A DNA stretch of 64,000 nt from an uncultured delta proteobacterium (GTDB lineage Bacteria; Desulfobacterota; Binatia; Bin18). Below the pieces are notes generated by a model, which had not been told where the DNA came from, searched no databases, and saw only the letters and a program-made list of their open reading frames with translations. Shown in pieces: positions 9,909 through 18,818 of the stretch (position 1 is its first letter; the number at the start of each line of letters is the position of its first letter). A program made the translations under genes and the position numbers. The DNA lies in NCBI GenBank assembly GCA_963733195.1, contig CAVTCR010000009.1, positions 33,979-97,978 of the forward strand. Direction: 5' to 3'.

Positions 9909-12074
9909 TCAACGCTTTCGCGCTCTCTTCTTACTTTTTGGTTTGTCCTTCTCCTTGGGTGGTGAGGGGGGTGGAGTAAAGATGGTTGCGACTTTCTGTT
10001 CGGCGTCAGCAATATAGGTCGCGACATCTTCCGGGAGCAACAAACGTTGGGTTTGTAAGTCTTTCACTGTCTGTTTGATCCGATTCACATATGACCGTTT
10101 CGGATAACGCTCGGTAAGCGAGAGCCGTGGATCACGTGCGAGATTACGAAGGGACTTCCCATAAGCAAATGGAATAAACTGTCCCAGATTTCCACACATG
10201 GCTCCAAGAACGTCAGCGCGTACTGCCCAGCCAGTGTGAGTGCCAAGCGGGACGGCGATATCGGGGAGAACGATGCCAGAGAGATCATTACCATCCGAAT
10301 TGGTTTTCGGTACCAGTGTCAGATATTGCGTTTGTGAACTCTTTGCCGTGACAGTGCCGTACAAGACGTACGTCGGATTGGCGTGCCCAAGGTGTTGAAC
10401 CCCAGGAATTGTGGGAAACGACCCGACACTGACTTCCTCCGAGACAAGTGTTCCGCTTTGTCGCGTCGGAATTTGGGTCTCTGGAGGGAGTGTTCCTTTC
10501 GTAGCCCACTCATCGAGTGCTACAAGCAAGGCTCGCATCACCGGCCCACGAAAGGCCGGATTCTGTTCCTGTTGGCAGACTCCTTTGGGTAAACGCTCAC
10601 CGAGCGAAGTCGTAATCTGTGGGAACAAGGGGAAATGCTGGGCGCTGGCAAAGAAATAGAGGCGTACATTGTCAGGGATCGGCACGTCATTGCCTTGGGC
10701 ATCGGTGTGCAACAGCGAGGCGCTTTTTCGCCAATACTCAGTGGCAGTGTTGGTGACCATTACGAAAGGATCAAAACCGTCACCGACCTTACCTGTACTA
10801 TTGCGGAGCAATCCTTCGCGTTTGCCTGTGAACGGGTCATCCTGAACGCCATACGCGAATGGGAACCAATTCTCGGGGAAATCGTAGTCTTGATGTGCGC
10901 CACGGGTACGGCCAGGTTGGCCGAAAGCGAAGTTGGTAAAAGTTTTACCAGCGCCAGCAATGTCAATCAGTAGTCCGTCAAACACGATGCGCTTTTGTTC
11001 ATCCTGGTTGAAGCCATTCACAAGATGTTCTTGCAAATACCGGCCAGCTTGCGAGATGCCTAACGCATAGACTTTCTCTATGCCAACTGTCTGTTCATTG
11101 CGACGTAGCGGATTGGCAGTTTTATTCTCGTCGCTCAGATGATAGCGTAGGAACGATACGATATCGCGAGTAATCGCAAATCCTAGCCCGAGGACGATTG
11201 GGTTCTTTGCCGTATAGGTGACTTCGTAGAGGTGCCCTGAATCAAAGCCAGGCGAAATACGGATCGTCTGTTCGTCGACAAAACTCCAACAGCGGAGGAC
11301 TTTCACCCCAGCCACACAAAAGGGAATAGGTTGTGGAGGTTCCCCTTCTGCCTTGGCTCGGACATCGACACGAACTTGCTGTGAGGTTTGATTGAGCACC
11401 GGATAGCTTAAGGTTGCCGTTTGGTGATCCGGCGGATTACTTTGCTGTTGACCAACAAACAGGTCTCGTACCGGGCCAATGATAGGCTGGTTGCCATTCG
11501 ACGGAATCGGTAATTCTGCATGCATCACGCCAGGCTTTGGTTCAACGCAGCACTGTGCTCCGCTTTTTCCCTGCGCTTGCCATCCACCCCAGACCAGCAC
11601 GTATCCCTGGTGCATGAGAAAACCGTTACCAATGTCGGCGAGCGTAGTCGGGTTATTGGCGTGCTCGTTGTACGGAGCGTTATTCATCAGCACGAGGTCA
11701 AGTTTGTTCCCGCGATTGAGTATACCGTACAAGACCTTGCTGTTGCCTTTGGTGAGGTCGACAGGCTTAAGAATGTACAGATTGGCACTGTAGGAGACAC
11801 GACCGTTCGCATTTTTGGGCGCCTTGTCGAGATTCACAATCTCTACATTCTCTGGTGCATTAGGGTCGACCTCGCCGAAAATCCGGCCAGTGAGTTTCTC
11901 ATACTTTCCGACTGGGCCGAATTCTTGTCCTTCAAAGGTTGGGGATTCGATCTTGTCGATAACAACTTTCGTAACACGAGCGGACGCAGGGCTCGTAGCA
12001 AGTAAGCTGATCAGCACGAAGCAAAAAGGCAAAACCCTATAGCTGTGTTTTACTTTTGCCTTTCGCTTTTTCAT
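9909..12074 (-). CDS. Large secreted hydrolase-like protein (GISQAG nucleophile-elbow motif) with a Lys-rich N-terminal tag and a basic C-terminal tail
   Basis: 721-aa ORF. The N-terminus MKKRKAKVKHSYRVLPFCFVLISLLATSPASA looks like a signal peptide. A G-x-S-x-G motif (ALGISQAGRYL) is present and the C-terminus is PPPSPPKEKDKPKSKKRARKR. I recognise no specific family. Confidence 0.55.
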   Translation of the reverse strand: MKKRKAKVKHSYRVLPFCFVLISLLATSPASARVTKVVIDKIESPTFEGQEFGPVGKYEKLTGRIFGEVDPNAPENVEIVNLDKAPKNANGRVSYSANLYILKPVDLTKGNSKVLYGILNRGNKLDLVLMNNAPYNEHANNPTTLADIGNGFLMHQGYVLVWGGWQAQGKSGAQCCVEPKPGVMHAELPIPSNGNQPIIGPVRDLFVGQQQSNPPDHQTATLSYPVLNQTSQQVRVDVRAKAEGEPPQPIPFCVAGVKVLRCWSFVDEQTIRISPGFDSGHLYEVTYTAKNPIVLGLGFAITRDIVSFLRYHLSDENKTANPLRRNEQTVGIEKVYALGISQAGRYLQEHLVNGFNQDEQKRIVFDGLLIDIAGAGKTFTNFAFGQPGRTRGAHQDYDFPENWFPFAYGVQDDPFTGKREGLLRNSTGKVGDGFDPFVMVTNTATEYWRKSASLLHTDAQGNDVPIPDNVRLYFFASAQHFPLFPQITTSLGERLPKGVCQQEQNPAFRGPVMRALLVALDEWATKGTLPPETQIPTRQSGTLVSEEVSVGSFPTIPGVQHLGHANPTYVLYGTVTAKSSQTQYLTLVPKTNSDGNDLSGIVLPDIAVPLGTHTGWAVRADVLGAMCGNLGQFIPFAYGKSLRNLARDPRLSLTERYPKRSYVNRIKQTVKDLQTQRLLLPEDVATYIADAEQKVATIFTPPPSPPKEKDKPKSKKRARKR

Positions 12075-12227
12075 GTTTGCCTTTTGCGTTTTTATGTTTG
12101 CCTTTTTTACAGCCTGCTCCTCCTATCGTATGCATGCCTGATCTGCAAGCATTTCGCACTTGACTTAACGAGCGCAGTACTCAATAGTCGCCAGGATAAA
12201 TACATTTTTGTTGAGGGGGTACTTCTT

Positions 12228-12871
12228 ATGAAGCTATACAATCTGGCGCTGAGCAATTTCGCGACGAAAAGCCGCATCGCCATCTACGAGAAAGGGATCA
12301 ACGTGGATTTGGTTGATCCTCCTGGTGGGGCCGGTTCGGCAGACTACAAGAAAATCAACCCGCTGGGCAAAGTGCCTGCGCTTGTGCTCGATAACGGTCA
12401 GCTCATTGCTGAGTCTGAGCTGATAAACGAGTACCTCGAAGATAAATATCCTGAGCAAGCCGCTTCTCCCAAAAGATGCCGAGGGTCGTGCCCAGGTGCG
12501 TGCATTCACCCGTTTCCATGATCTCTATCTTAGAGCCGCCGATGCGGGCGGTGTTCCCGAAGTTGTTCGGTCAGCAGCTCGATGACAAATTCATTCAAGA
12601 GAAGATCACAGACGTGAATAATCGCCTTGACCAACTCGAAGCAAGGATCGGGAGTCAGTGGGCAGCTGGAAGTGCTTTCACATTGGCTGATTGTGCGCTT
12701 GCGCCGACGATGTTTTTCTTGACGACTTTCCTACCGCAATTTGGGTCGAAGGGGCCAACCGAAGGTCGGCCAAAGATCGCAGCGTGGTGGACTCGTGTGC
12801 AAGAGCAGCCATCTGTCAAGAAAGCGATTGGTGAGCAGCAAGCCGCGTTGGCTGCAATGATGAAGAAGTAG
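12228..12871 (+). CDS. Glutathione S-transferase, interrupted by two frameshifts at about 12470-12540
   Basis: The GST N-terminal thioredoxin-like segment (MKLYNLALSNFATKSRIAIYEKGINVDL...GKVPALVLDNGQLIAESELINEYLEDKYP) reads in the first frame. The middle (DAEGRAQVRAFTRFHDLYL) is in a second frame and the C-terminal half (FGQQLDDKFIQEKITDVNNRLDQLE...) in a third. The RBS GAGGGGG sits before the ATG. Confidence 0.75.
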
Positions 12872-12888
12872 AATCGCTCTGTACTCTT

Positions 12889-12928
12889 AAGGGCGCAGCA
12901 CCCTGCGCCCTTTCTTGCCTTTGGTTTT
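12889..12928 (+). terminator. Rho-independent terminator downstream of the GST gene
   Basis: A perfect 10-bp stem AAGGGCGCAG-CACC-CTGCGCCCTT is followed by TCTTGCCTTTGGTTTT. A second palindrome, CTAGAGAAATCGCTTTCTAGAG, lies at 12931..12952. Confidence 0.7.
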
Positions 12929-12952
12929 CCCTAGAGAAATCGCTTTCTAGAG

Positions 12953-13609
12953 TTACACGGTTTTTTTCGTCTCCACTTCTATCGGGAAAATCTTCTCAAA
13001 AATTTGCTTCCAACGGGCAAGCTCTTCGGTCACAACACGAATGACGTCATCTTGGACTCGCCGTACAGTCACAGCTAACCCTTCGATCCCTTCTTCGAGT
13101 TTGCGCTTTTCTTCCGATTTGCTCACGCTGTCGAGCGCGCCGCGGAACTGATCGAGTTGCCGTGATACTTCCCGAACTGTGCTGTCGAGCCCAGCGATCT
13201 GTTTCTTGAGTTCAACTGCGAGCTCTGATTCTGCGCCCTTAATATGACTGCCTGGAGGGAGAACTGGGCTTGTCTCGTCAAAGACGACAAGGCGCAGTCC
13301 TGGCTCTGTTGTTCCTGTCGAAGGCGCAACGAGAAAAGTGGAGTTCTCTCGAAGTCGCTGTTGGCTGTTGAGGTCAAGAGTCACGATAACATCGGTGCCT
13401 CTCTCTCCATCTGAGGCAGAGTGTGGCTTTACTGCGACAACTTTTCCGATTGGCTTTCCGGTTTCTTCGATAATTGCGCCGGCTTTCAGGCCATGAGTTG
13501 CAGGCAGTCGCACGGTCCAGGTTGGCACAAGAGCAGGCGGAGTTGCAAAGCTGTGTAGGAGTAACAACGAGAGGAAAGCAAACACTCCAATGAAAAGATA
13601 TTTACGCAT
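12953..13609 (-). CDS. MlaD/MCE-domain protein (membrane-anchored, with a coiled-coil C-terminus)
   Basis: An N-terminal hydrophobic segment is followed by an MCE-like fold (GLKAGAIIEETGKPIGKVVAV...VIVTLDL...LRENSTFLV) and a charged helical tail. Confidence 0.55.
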   Translation of the reverse strand: MRKYLFIGVFAFLSLLLLHSFATPPALVPTWTVRLPATHGLKAGAIIEETGKPIGKVVAVKPHSASDGERGTDVIVTLDLNSQQRLRENSTFLVAPSTGTTEPGLRLVVFDETSPVLPPGSHIKGAESELAVELKKQIAGLDSTVREVSRQLDQFRGALDSVSKSEEKRKLEEGIEGLAVTVRRVQDDVIRVVTEELARWKQIFEKIFPIEVETKKTV

Positions 13610-13677
13610 GGGTACCCTCCGAAAATCGGCCTTTTATAAAAAACACATTGCAGCGGTGTAAGTTGCGCAAGAGTGGA

Positions 13678-13759
13678 CAAAAAGGGGAAATAGGGAACGG
13701 TGAAAATTTCTTTTTCTTTCCTTTTCGCCTTTTCCCCGTTTTATCGTTTCCCCTTTTTG
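13678..13759. repeat. Family 1 purine/pyrimidine palindrome, copy 3, 66-150 nt upstream of the LLM start at 13828
   Basis: AAAAGGGGAAATAGGGAACGGTGAAAA pairs with TTTTCGCCTTTTCCCCGTTTTATCGTTTCCCCTTTTT (the reverse complement aligns with the left arm at about 70% identity). Confidence 0.55.
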
Positions 13760-13827
13760 TAAGAGCTGAAGGCTCATAGCTGAAGACGCGGGGTTCTGCT
13801 ATTGGACCTGGGCAAAGGAGAATCTGA

Positions 13828-14895
13828 ATGAAGTTCGGTTACTTCACTTTAACGGACAATCCTCCAGCGTATGGGGCGCAACGCAGAGATCCTAATCAGT
13901 TCTTACGTGAAGTGCTCGAAGAGTGTCAAGTTGCTGAAGAACTAGGCTATCACTCGGCATGGGTCCCGGAACATCATTTTGGTTTCTTTGGCTGTCTACC
14001 AGCTCCGGCGACATTCCTGGCCTATGTGGCTGCACGGACCAAACGTATTCAACTTGCTCCGGCGACGGTGTTGCTACCGTGTGATCATCCGTTGCGTGTG
14101 GCTGAAAACTTTGCCTTGCTCGATTTACTCAGTGATGGGCGTGCAGTGTTCTCGGCAGGGCGGGGATACGATAAACGCGAATACGATGCGTTCGAGGTCG
14201 CATTTGAAGAAAGCCGTGACCGTTTTGCTGAAGGGCTTGATCTCCTCCGTACTGCCTGGACGAAAGAGGAATTTACCTACACTGGAAAATTCTACTCGAT
14301 TACTGAACCTGTCATCTGTTTACCGCGACCAGTACAGAAACCGCATCCGCCAATTTACGTCGCGTGTTTTAGTCGCCCCACTGTCGAAATGGCTGCTGAA
14401 CAAGGATTTCATACGCTGTTTGCCCCATTTGCCGCGGCGATGATGTTCGGCAGCGTGGGTGATGCAGTGCAAACATATAAAGAGCTTGCCGCCAGCCATG
14501 GGCACCAAGATGCTCGAGCCAAGTGTTCCTATTTTACTAATGTTGCCGATAACAAAGCCGACGAATTACGGACAAAGGAGCGGCTACTGTACTATCTCCA
14601 TTCGATTTTGCCAGCGTTTCCTGAGGATCGCGCGTCAGCGCCTCCGCATATCGCCTATTTCGCCGACATTGTTGAACGACTGAAAAGTATGAAAGCGGAA
14701 AATCTTGGTGAACGGAGTTTAGTGACAGGCGATCCTGAGGCGTGTATTGCCACACTGAAAAAATGCGAGGCTGCAGGGATTGAAGAAGTAATTCTCTATT
14801 TTAACTTTGGCAACTTCAACCATCGCGACACGCTAAAATCGATGGAGCGTTTCGCTCGTGCTGTAATGCCGCATTTTTCTAGACTTGGGTCTTAG
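13828..14895 (+). CDS. LLM-class flavin/F420-dependent oxidoreductase
   Basis: 355-aa ORF with the RBS AAAGGAG and an LLM fold (LGYHSAWVPEHHF, FSAGRGYD). Confidence 0.8.
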   Translation: MKFGYFTLTDNPPAYGAQRRDPNQFLREVLEECQVAEELGYHSAWVPEHHFGFFGCLPAPATFLAYVAARTKRIQLAPATVLLPCDHPLRVAENFALLDLLSDGRAVFSAGRGYDKREYDAFEVAFEESRDRFAEGLDLLRTAWTKEEFTYTGKFYSITEPVICLPRPVQKPHPPIYVACFSRPTVEMAAEQGFHTLFAPFAAAMMFGSVGDAVQTYKELAASHGHQDARAKCSYFTNVADNKADELRTKERLLYYLHSILPAFPEDRASAPPHIAYFADIVERLKSMKAENLGERSLVTGDPEACIATLKKCEAAGIEEVILYFNFGNFNHRDTLKSMERFARAVMPHFSRLGS

Positions 14896-14970
14896 GGTTG
14901 GAGGCTACGAGAAGAGAGAAAGATACGCCCGTCTTTTTTCTGGAGTCCAGACCCTGGACTCTAGACAGTC

Positions 14971-15330
14971 TTACTGGCACTTCGGATCGCAGCTACTCAT
15001 CTTTTGTGCGCCGTCTTTCTCGCAGGATTCACTGCCAGTGTAGGTGTTCTTGATTTCGATGCATTTCAGCACATCATTGACCCCAACCGTCAAGCAGTTG
15101 CGATAGCACTGAGGAGAATTTTGTCCGCCAGCAGCGTTCAGCTTGTCGTTCATGTAAGTGGTAACTGCTCCGAACCGCGCTAATACGTTGGTTTCCCCTG
15201 TTGCAGATGGTTTCGAGGGCTTAAAGTCGGCAGGATACTCACCATCAGCAAAGAGAGGCAGAGCAAGGAAAAGTAAAGCAAAGAAAGACATTCCAATGGA
15301 AAGAATCAATGGTCGTACTCGACACTGCAT
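14971..15330 (-). CDS. Small secreted Cys-rich hypothetical protein
   Basis: Signal peptide (MSFFALLFLALPLFADG) and 8 Cys in the mature part. The start is ambiguous (15354, 15330 or 15291). Confidence 0.45.
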   Translation of the reverse strand: MQCRVRPLILSIGMSFFALLFLALPLFADGEYPADFKPSKPSATGETNVLARFGAVTTYMNDKLNAAGGQNSPQCYRNCLTVGVNDVLKCIEIKNTYTGSESCEKDGAQKMSSCDPKCQ

Positions 15331-15451
15331 GGTCGCTTCCCCTTTATTGCGCAAATAGTGCAGTTCTCTTACCTGCCTTGTTTCAGTTGCGCAACTCCGG
15401 CGAAACTCATGATGTCGATATAAAGAATGGTCCTCACAGTCGATAATACTA

Positions 15452-15913
15452 TTGAATCATTTTATGCCTATTGTTTCTGCTCGTACCCTCTTATGGATTG
15501 GCCGAATCTTGTATGTGGCCGTGGTATTCTGGTGGCCAACGGTGTGGCACGATCCGATTTATACCCCCCGCCTAGCGCGAATGGCCGGCCATGAATTGCA
15601 GCTTGCGGATGGAACCTCGCCCAAGAATGATGACGAACGAGCGTTGGCGATCTTTTGGGCGTGGGAACACCGCCAGTTCGTGGAGACCCGTTGGGCTATC
15701 GGCCCGTTCCTCGGCCTGCGCAGCACTAACCGGACCGGTTGGCAACAAACCATTTTCGCGTTGATCTTTATCTGGATCCTTTTTAGTTTTCTTTTAGGGC
15801 GACGGAGCGAGGGTGCTACCCGACCAGGAGAATCACCTGGTGCTTCTTCCAAAGGCGGAGTTACTGGACTGGTGACCACTCCCCTCTGGCAGCTTTTTCA
15901 GCGTTTACGATAA
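15452..15913 (+). CDS. Hypothetical membrane protein
   Basis: 153-aa ORF with two or three predicted hydrophobic helices. It is divergently arranged from the preceding small secreted protein. Confidence 0.4.
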   Translation: MNHFMPIVSARTLLWIGRILYVAVVFWWPTVWHDPIYTPRLARMAGHELQLADGTSPKNDDERALAIFWAWEHRQFVETRWAIGPFLGLRSTNRTGWQQTIFALIFIWILFSFLLGRRSEGATRPGESPGASSKGGVTGLVTTPLWQLFQRLR

Positions 15914-15990
15914 GCGCCCTGAACTTCAGTAGTGATCCTCGTTACTCCTCACGATTTTTGTGGTAGAGCCGTAGGCAAAGGAGGGTGCTT

Positions 15991-18036
15991 ATGCCTCATG
16001 TTGCTCACGCGGCCTGTCCGCACGATTGCCCTGATTCCTGCCTCATGGATGTGACCATTGATAATGGCAAAGCGGTCAAGATCACTGCCAGTAAAGAGCA
16101 TCCGTTCACTCGTGGTGCCCTCTGTGCCAAGGTCAACAAGTTCCTTGACCGTGTGTACGCACCCGATCGCCTCCTGTATCCCGTACGACGGATCGGTCCA
16201 AAAGGACCCGAGGCACAATTTGAACGCATCTCTTGGAATGAAGCTACGGCAACGATTGTAGCGAAGATGCAAGAAGCAATTACGACGCATGGGCCACAAT
16301 CAATTCTGCCGTATTCGTATCGTGGGAATAATGGAGTCTATCAGAGTAATGCGATTGATCGCCGTTTCTTTCATGCGCTTGGGGCTTCAACGTTAGCACG
16401 GACAATCTGTGCAGGCGGCCTCTACGGCGCGCTGGCGTACTCAGACGTTTTTATGGGTTTTGCGCCGGAAGGGCTCGTCGAAAGCAAGCTGATTATCTTC
16501 TGGGCCTCTAATCCCCTCAATACCGGCATGCATGTCTGGCCTTTGGTACAAGAAGCGAAACGGCGCGGGGCAAAACTGATTGTTATTGATCCGTATCGGT
16601 CACGTACTGCGCGGGTGAGTGATGAACATGTATTCCTCCGCCCAGGGACGGATGCCGCCTTGGCGCTGGGCATGATGAAAGTGATCGAAGAAGAAGGGCT
16701 TGCTGATACAGACTACATCCAAAAGTACACCATAGGATACGAGCACTTTGCCATACGTCTCCGGTCTCTGTCGTTGTCTGAACTTTCCCAGACCTGCGAT
16801 GTGCCGCATGAAACAATTCAACGGCTCGCGCGTGAGTTTGCCACTACACGTCCTGCGGTGATCCGCATGGGTATTGGTATTCAGCGCAGTGGTGGTGGTG
16901 CCGCCGCCGTACGCGCAGTCGCGTCGTTACCTGCGCAGACTGGTGCCTGGCGGGAGGTTGGTGGTGGCATGTGCAATTTCTGGGGAGCAATGTTTACTGC
17001 CCAAGACATGGGGAAAGCGATGCGCCCGGATCTCTCACCACCTGGGACGCGAGAGATCAATATGGTGCGTTTGGCCGAACATCTGCTTGACCCGTCGCTC
17101 GATCCGCCAATCAAGGTGATCTACAACTATAACTGCAACCCCGCCGCGTCGCTTCCTGATCAGCCTGCGCTTCGGCGTGCGCTCCAACGGCCCGACCTTT
17201 TCACCGTCGTGCACGACATGTTTCTTACTGATAGTGCTGACTACGCTGATATTATACTGCCGGCAACGTCACCTTTTGAGCATGACGATGCCGTGCTTGC
17301 CTATGGTGGAGATTTTGGTAGCTTCAGCCGCCGGATTATCGAACCTCTCGGTGAGGCAAAATCCAATGCTGAAGTCTTCCAGCTCCTCGGTAAAGCTCTC
17401 GGTATTATGGAACCTGCACTCTATGTTTCTGCAGAAGAACTGATGGCAGAAACACTCAGACGGACCGTACCAGCTGATCAATTTACTAGTCAGCCCTTTC
17501 TCAAGACTCGCGCAACGCCGGACCTGTTGCCTCGGGCACGCGGTGGCTTTCATTCTCCGTCTGGCAAGTTTGAATTCTATTGTGAAAAACTAGCCCAAGA
17601 TGGTCATGATCCGCTACCGAGTTTTGTACCACCACATGAAACTCTCAGCACTGGACCGTATCCACTGAATTTCTTGCCCCGAAAACACAAAGACTCGCTC
17701 AATTCATCTTACGGTCACCTGCCCATCATGCGCCGCCAGGAGAGTGAGGCACGGACGGTGGAAATACACCCTGACGACGCCGCCACACGAGGCTTACACG
17801 ATGGGGAGGACGTGCGCGTGTACAATGCCCGCGGTGCGTTCGTCATGCCGGTCAAAGTGTCATACAATGTTGCTCCTGGAACCATCGCGACGTTCTGGGG
17901 CTGGTGGGACAAACTCTCTGGCGGTAAAGGCAACGTGAATAATGTTACGTCAGCAAAACTCACTGATCTCGGTGGGGGCGGAACGTTCTACGATTGTCGC
18001 GTTGAAGTCGAACGGTGGGATGGAAAGTCAGTGTAA
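15991..18036 (+). CDS. Molybdopterin (Mo-bisPGD) oxidoreductase family protein with an N-terminal [4Fe-4S] motif
   Basis: CPHDCPDSC cluster motif and molybdopterin oxidoreductase core. The RBS GGAGGG lies 5 nt before the ATG at 15991. The ORF track's 15985 would be a GTG start overlapping the RBS. Confidence 0.8.
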   Translation: MPHVAHAACPHDCPDSCLMDVTIDNGKAVKITASKEHPFTRGALCAKVNKFLDRVYAPDRLLYPVRRIGPKGPEAQFERISWNEATATIVAKMQEAITTHGPQSILPYSYRGNNGVYQSNAIDRRFFHALGASTLARTICAGGLYGALAYSDVFMGFAPEGLVESKLIIFWASNPLNTGMHVWPLVQEAKRRGAKLIVIDPYRSRTARVSDEHVFLRPGTDAALALGMMKVIEEEGLADTDYIQKYTIGYEHFAIRLRSLSLSELSQTCDVPHETIQRLAREFATTRPAVIRMGIGIQRSGGGAAAVRAVASLPAQTGAWREVGGGMCNFWGAMFTAQDMGKAMRPDLSPPGTREINMVRLAEHLLDPSLDPPIKVIYNYNCNPAASLPDQPALRRALQRPDLFTVVHDMFLTDSADYADIILPATSPFEHDDAVLAYGGDFGSFSRRIIEPLGEAKSNAEVFQLLGKALGIMEPALYVSAEELMAETLRRTVPADQFTSQPFLKTRATPDLLPRARGGFHSPSGKFEFYCEKLAQDGHDPLPSFVPPHETLSTGPYPLNFLPRKHKDSLNSSYGHLPIMRRQESEARTVEIHPDDAATRGLHDGEDVRVYNARGAFVMPVKVSYNVAPGTIATFWGWWDKLSGGKGNVNNVTSAKLTDLGGGGTFYDCRVEVERWDGKSV

Positions 18037-18063
18037 GAAAAAAGCCTTTTGCGGAGTACGACT

Positions 18064-18243
18064 ATGAAAGGGACAGCAACAGGACTCCTCATTCTTGGAA
18101 CATATTGGATACTGCAAGGGATTGGTGAAATCCGCCAGGGGAATATGAACGGTATCGTGACCCTCGTGCTGGGGGTCGTTCTTTTGCCAGTGGCCAAATA
18201 CGTATGGGGGAAAAATCTTGGCGGAACTGGTTCTGTGAAGTAA
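18064..18243 (+). CDS. Small two-helix membrane protein (hypothetical)
   Basis: 59-aa ORF (MKGTATGLLILGTYWIL...VLGVVLLPVAKYVW) directly downstream of the Mo enzyme. No clear RBS. Confidence 0.3.
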   Translation: MKGTATGLLILGTYWILQGIGEIRQGNMNGIVTLVLGVVLLPVAKYVWGKNLGGTGSVK

Positions 18244-18360
18244 TCTGAGTTGTCGCTTGTTGTTCTTACCGTAATCCCTTCGTTTGGGTACCCTAAAATT
18301 TTCCTACCTCATTTCTGTGCCCTCCTTTTCTTTTGCTAGAATGGGGAGGAAGGGGGAGCC

Positions 18361-18780
18361 ATGCTGACATTCGACCCAGTAAACGAACTGCCAACGGCGG
18401 TGATCCGTGTGCGGATGAGCGCTCATGATGCGCACTACGGGGGGAATCTCGTTGACGGAGCACGGATGTTACAACTTTTCGGCGACGTCGGAACCGAGCT
18501 CAGTATTCGTCTCGACGGCGACGAGGGACTCTTCCGTGCGTACGACAACATTGAATTCCTCACGCCGGTGTATGCTGGGGACTTCATCGAAGCGCACGGA
18601 CGCATTACCCAGATCGGCCGTACGTCACGCAAGTTTGAGTTTGAGGCATGGAAAGTGATTCAGCCCCGGCCAGATATTTCTGATTCGGCAGCGGAGGTGC
18701 TCGTGAAGCCGGTCCTCGTCTGCAAAGCGAGTGGCACCGGAGTGGTGCTGCTCGATCGGCAACGTCAGAAAAAGTCGTGA
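18361..18780 (+). CDS. Hotdog-fold protein, possibly 3-aminobutyryl-CoA ammonia-lyase (Kal)-like
   Basis: The motif [20 protein letters not shown]...[13 protein letters not shown] resembles the Kal/hotdog family. The RBS GGAGG sits before the ATG. The gene overlaps the kinase ORF by 4 nt. Confidence 0.5.
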   Translation: MLTFDPVNELPTAVIRVRMSAHDAHYGGNLVDGARMLQLFGDVGTELSIRLDGDEGLFRAYDNIEFLTPVYAGDFIEAHGRITQIGRTSRKFEFEAWKVIQPRPDISDSAAEVLVKPVLVCKASGTGVVLLDRQRQKKS

Positions 18781-18818
18781 GTTGTTTTTGCCTTGACAAC
18801 ACGCCTGGGGAATCAGCT

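Noticed and set aside
12045-12227. 5' extension of the GST ORF (MFYFCLSLFHVCLL...)
   Set aside because: It is translation of the T-rich direct-repeat promoter region. A good RBS (GAGGGGG) precedes the ATG at 12228, where GST homology begins.
18361-18780. Calling the hotdog protein a definite 3-aminobutyryl-CoA ammonia-lyase, as part of a lysine-fermentation system
   Set aside because: Only a short motif resemblance ([20 protein letters not shown]) supports it. No other lysine-fermentation genes (kamA, kamDE, kce) lie nearby. I kept it as a low-confidence annotation only.
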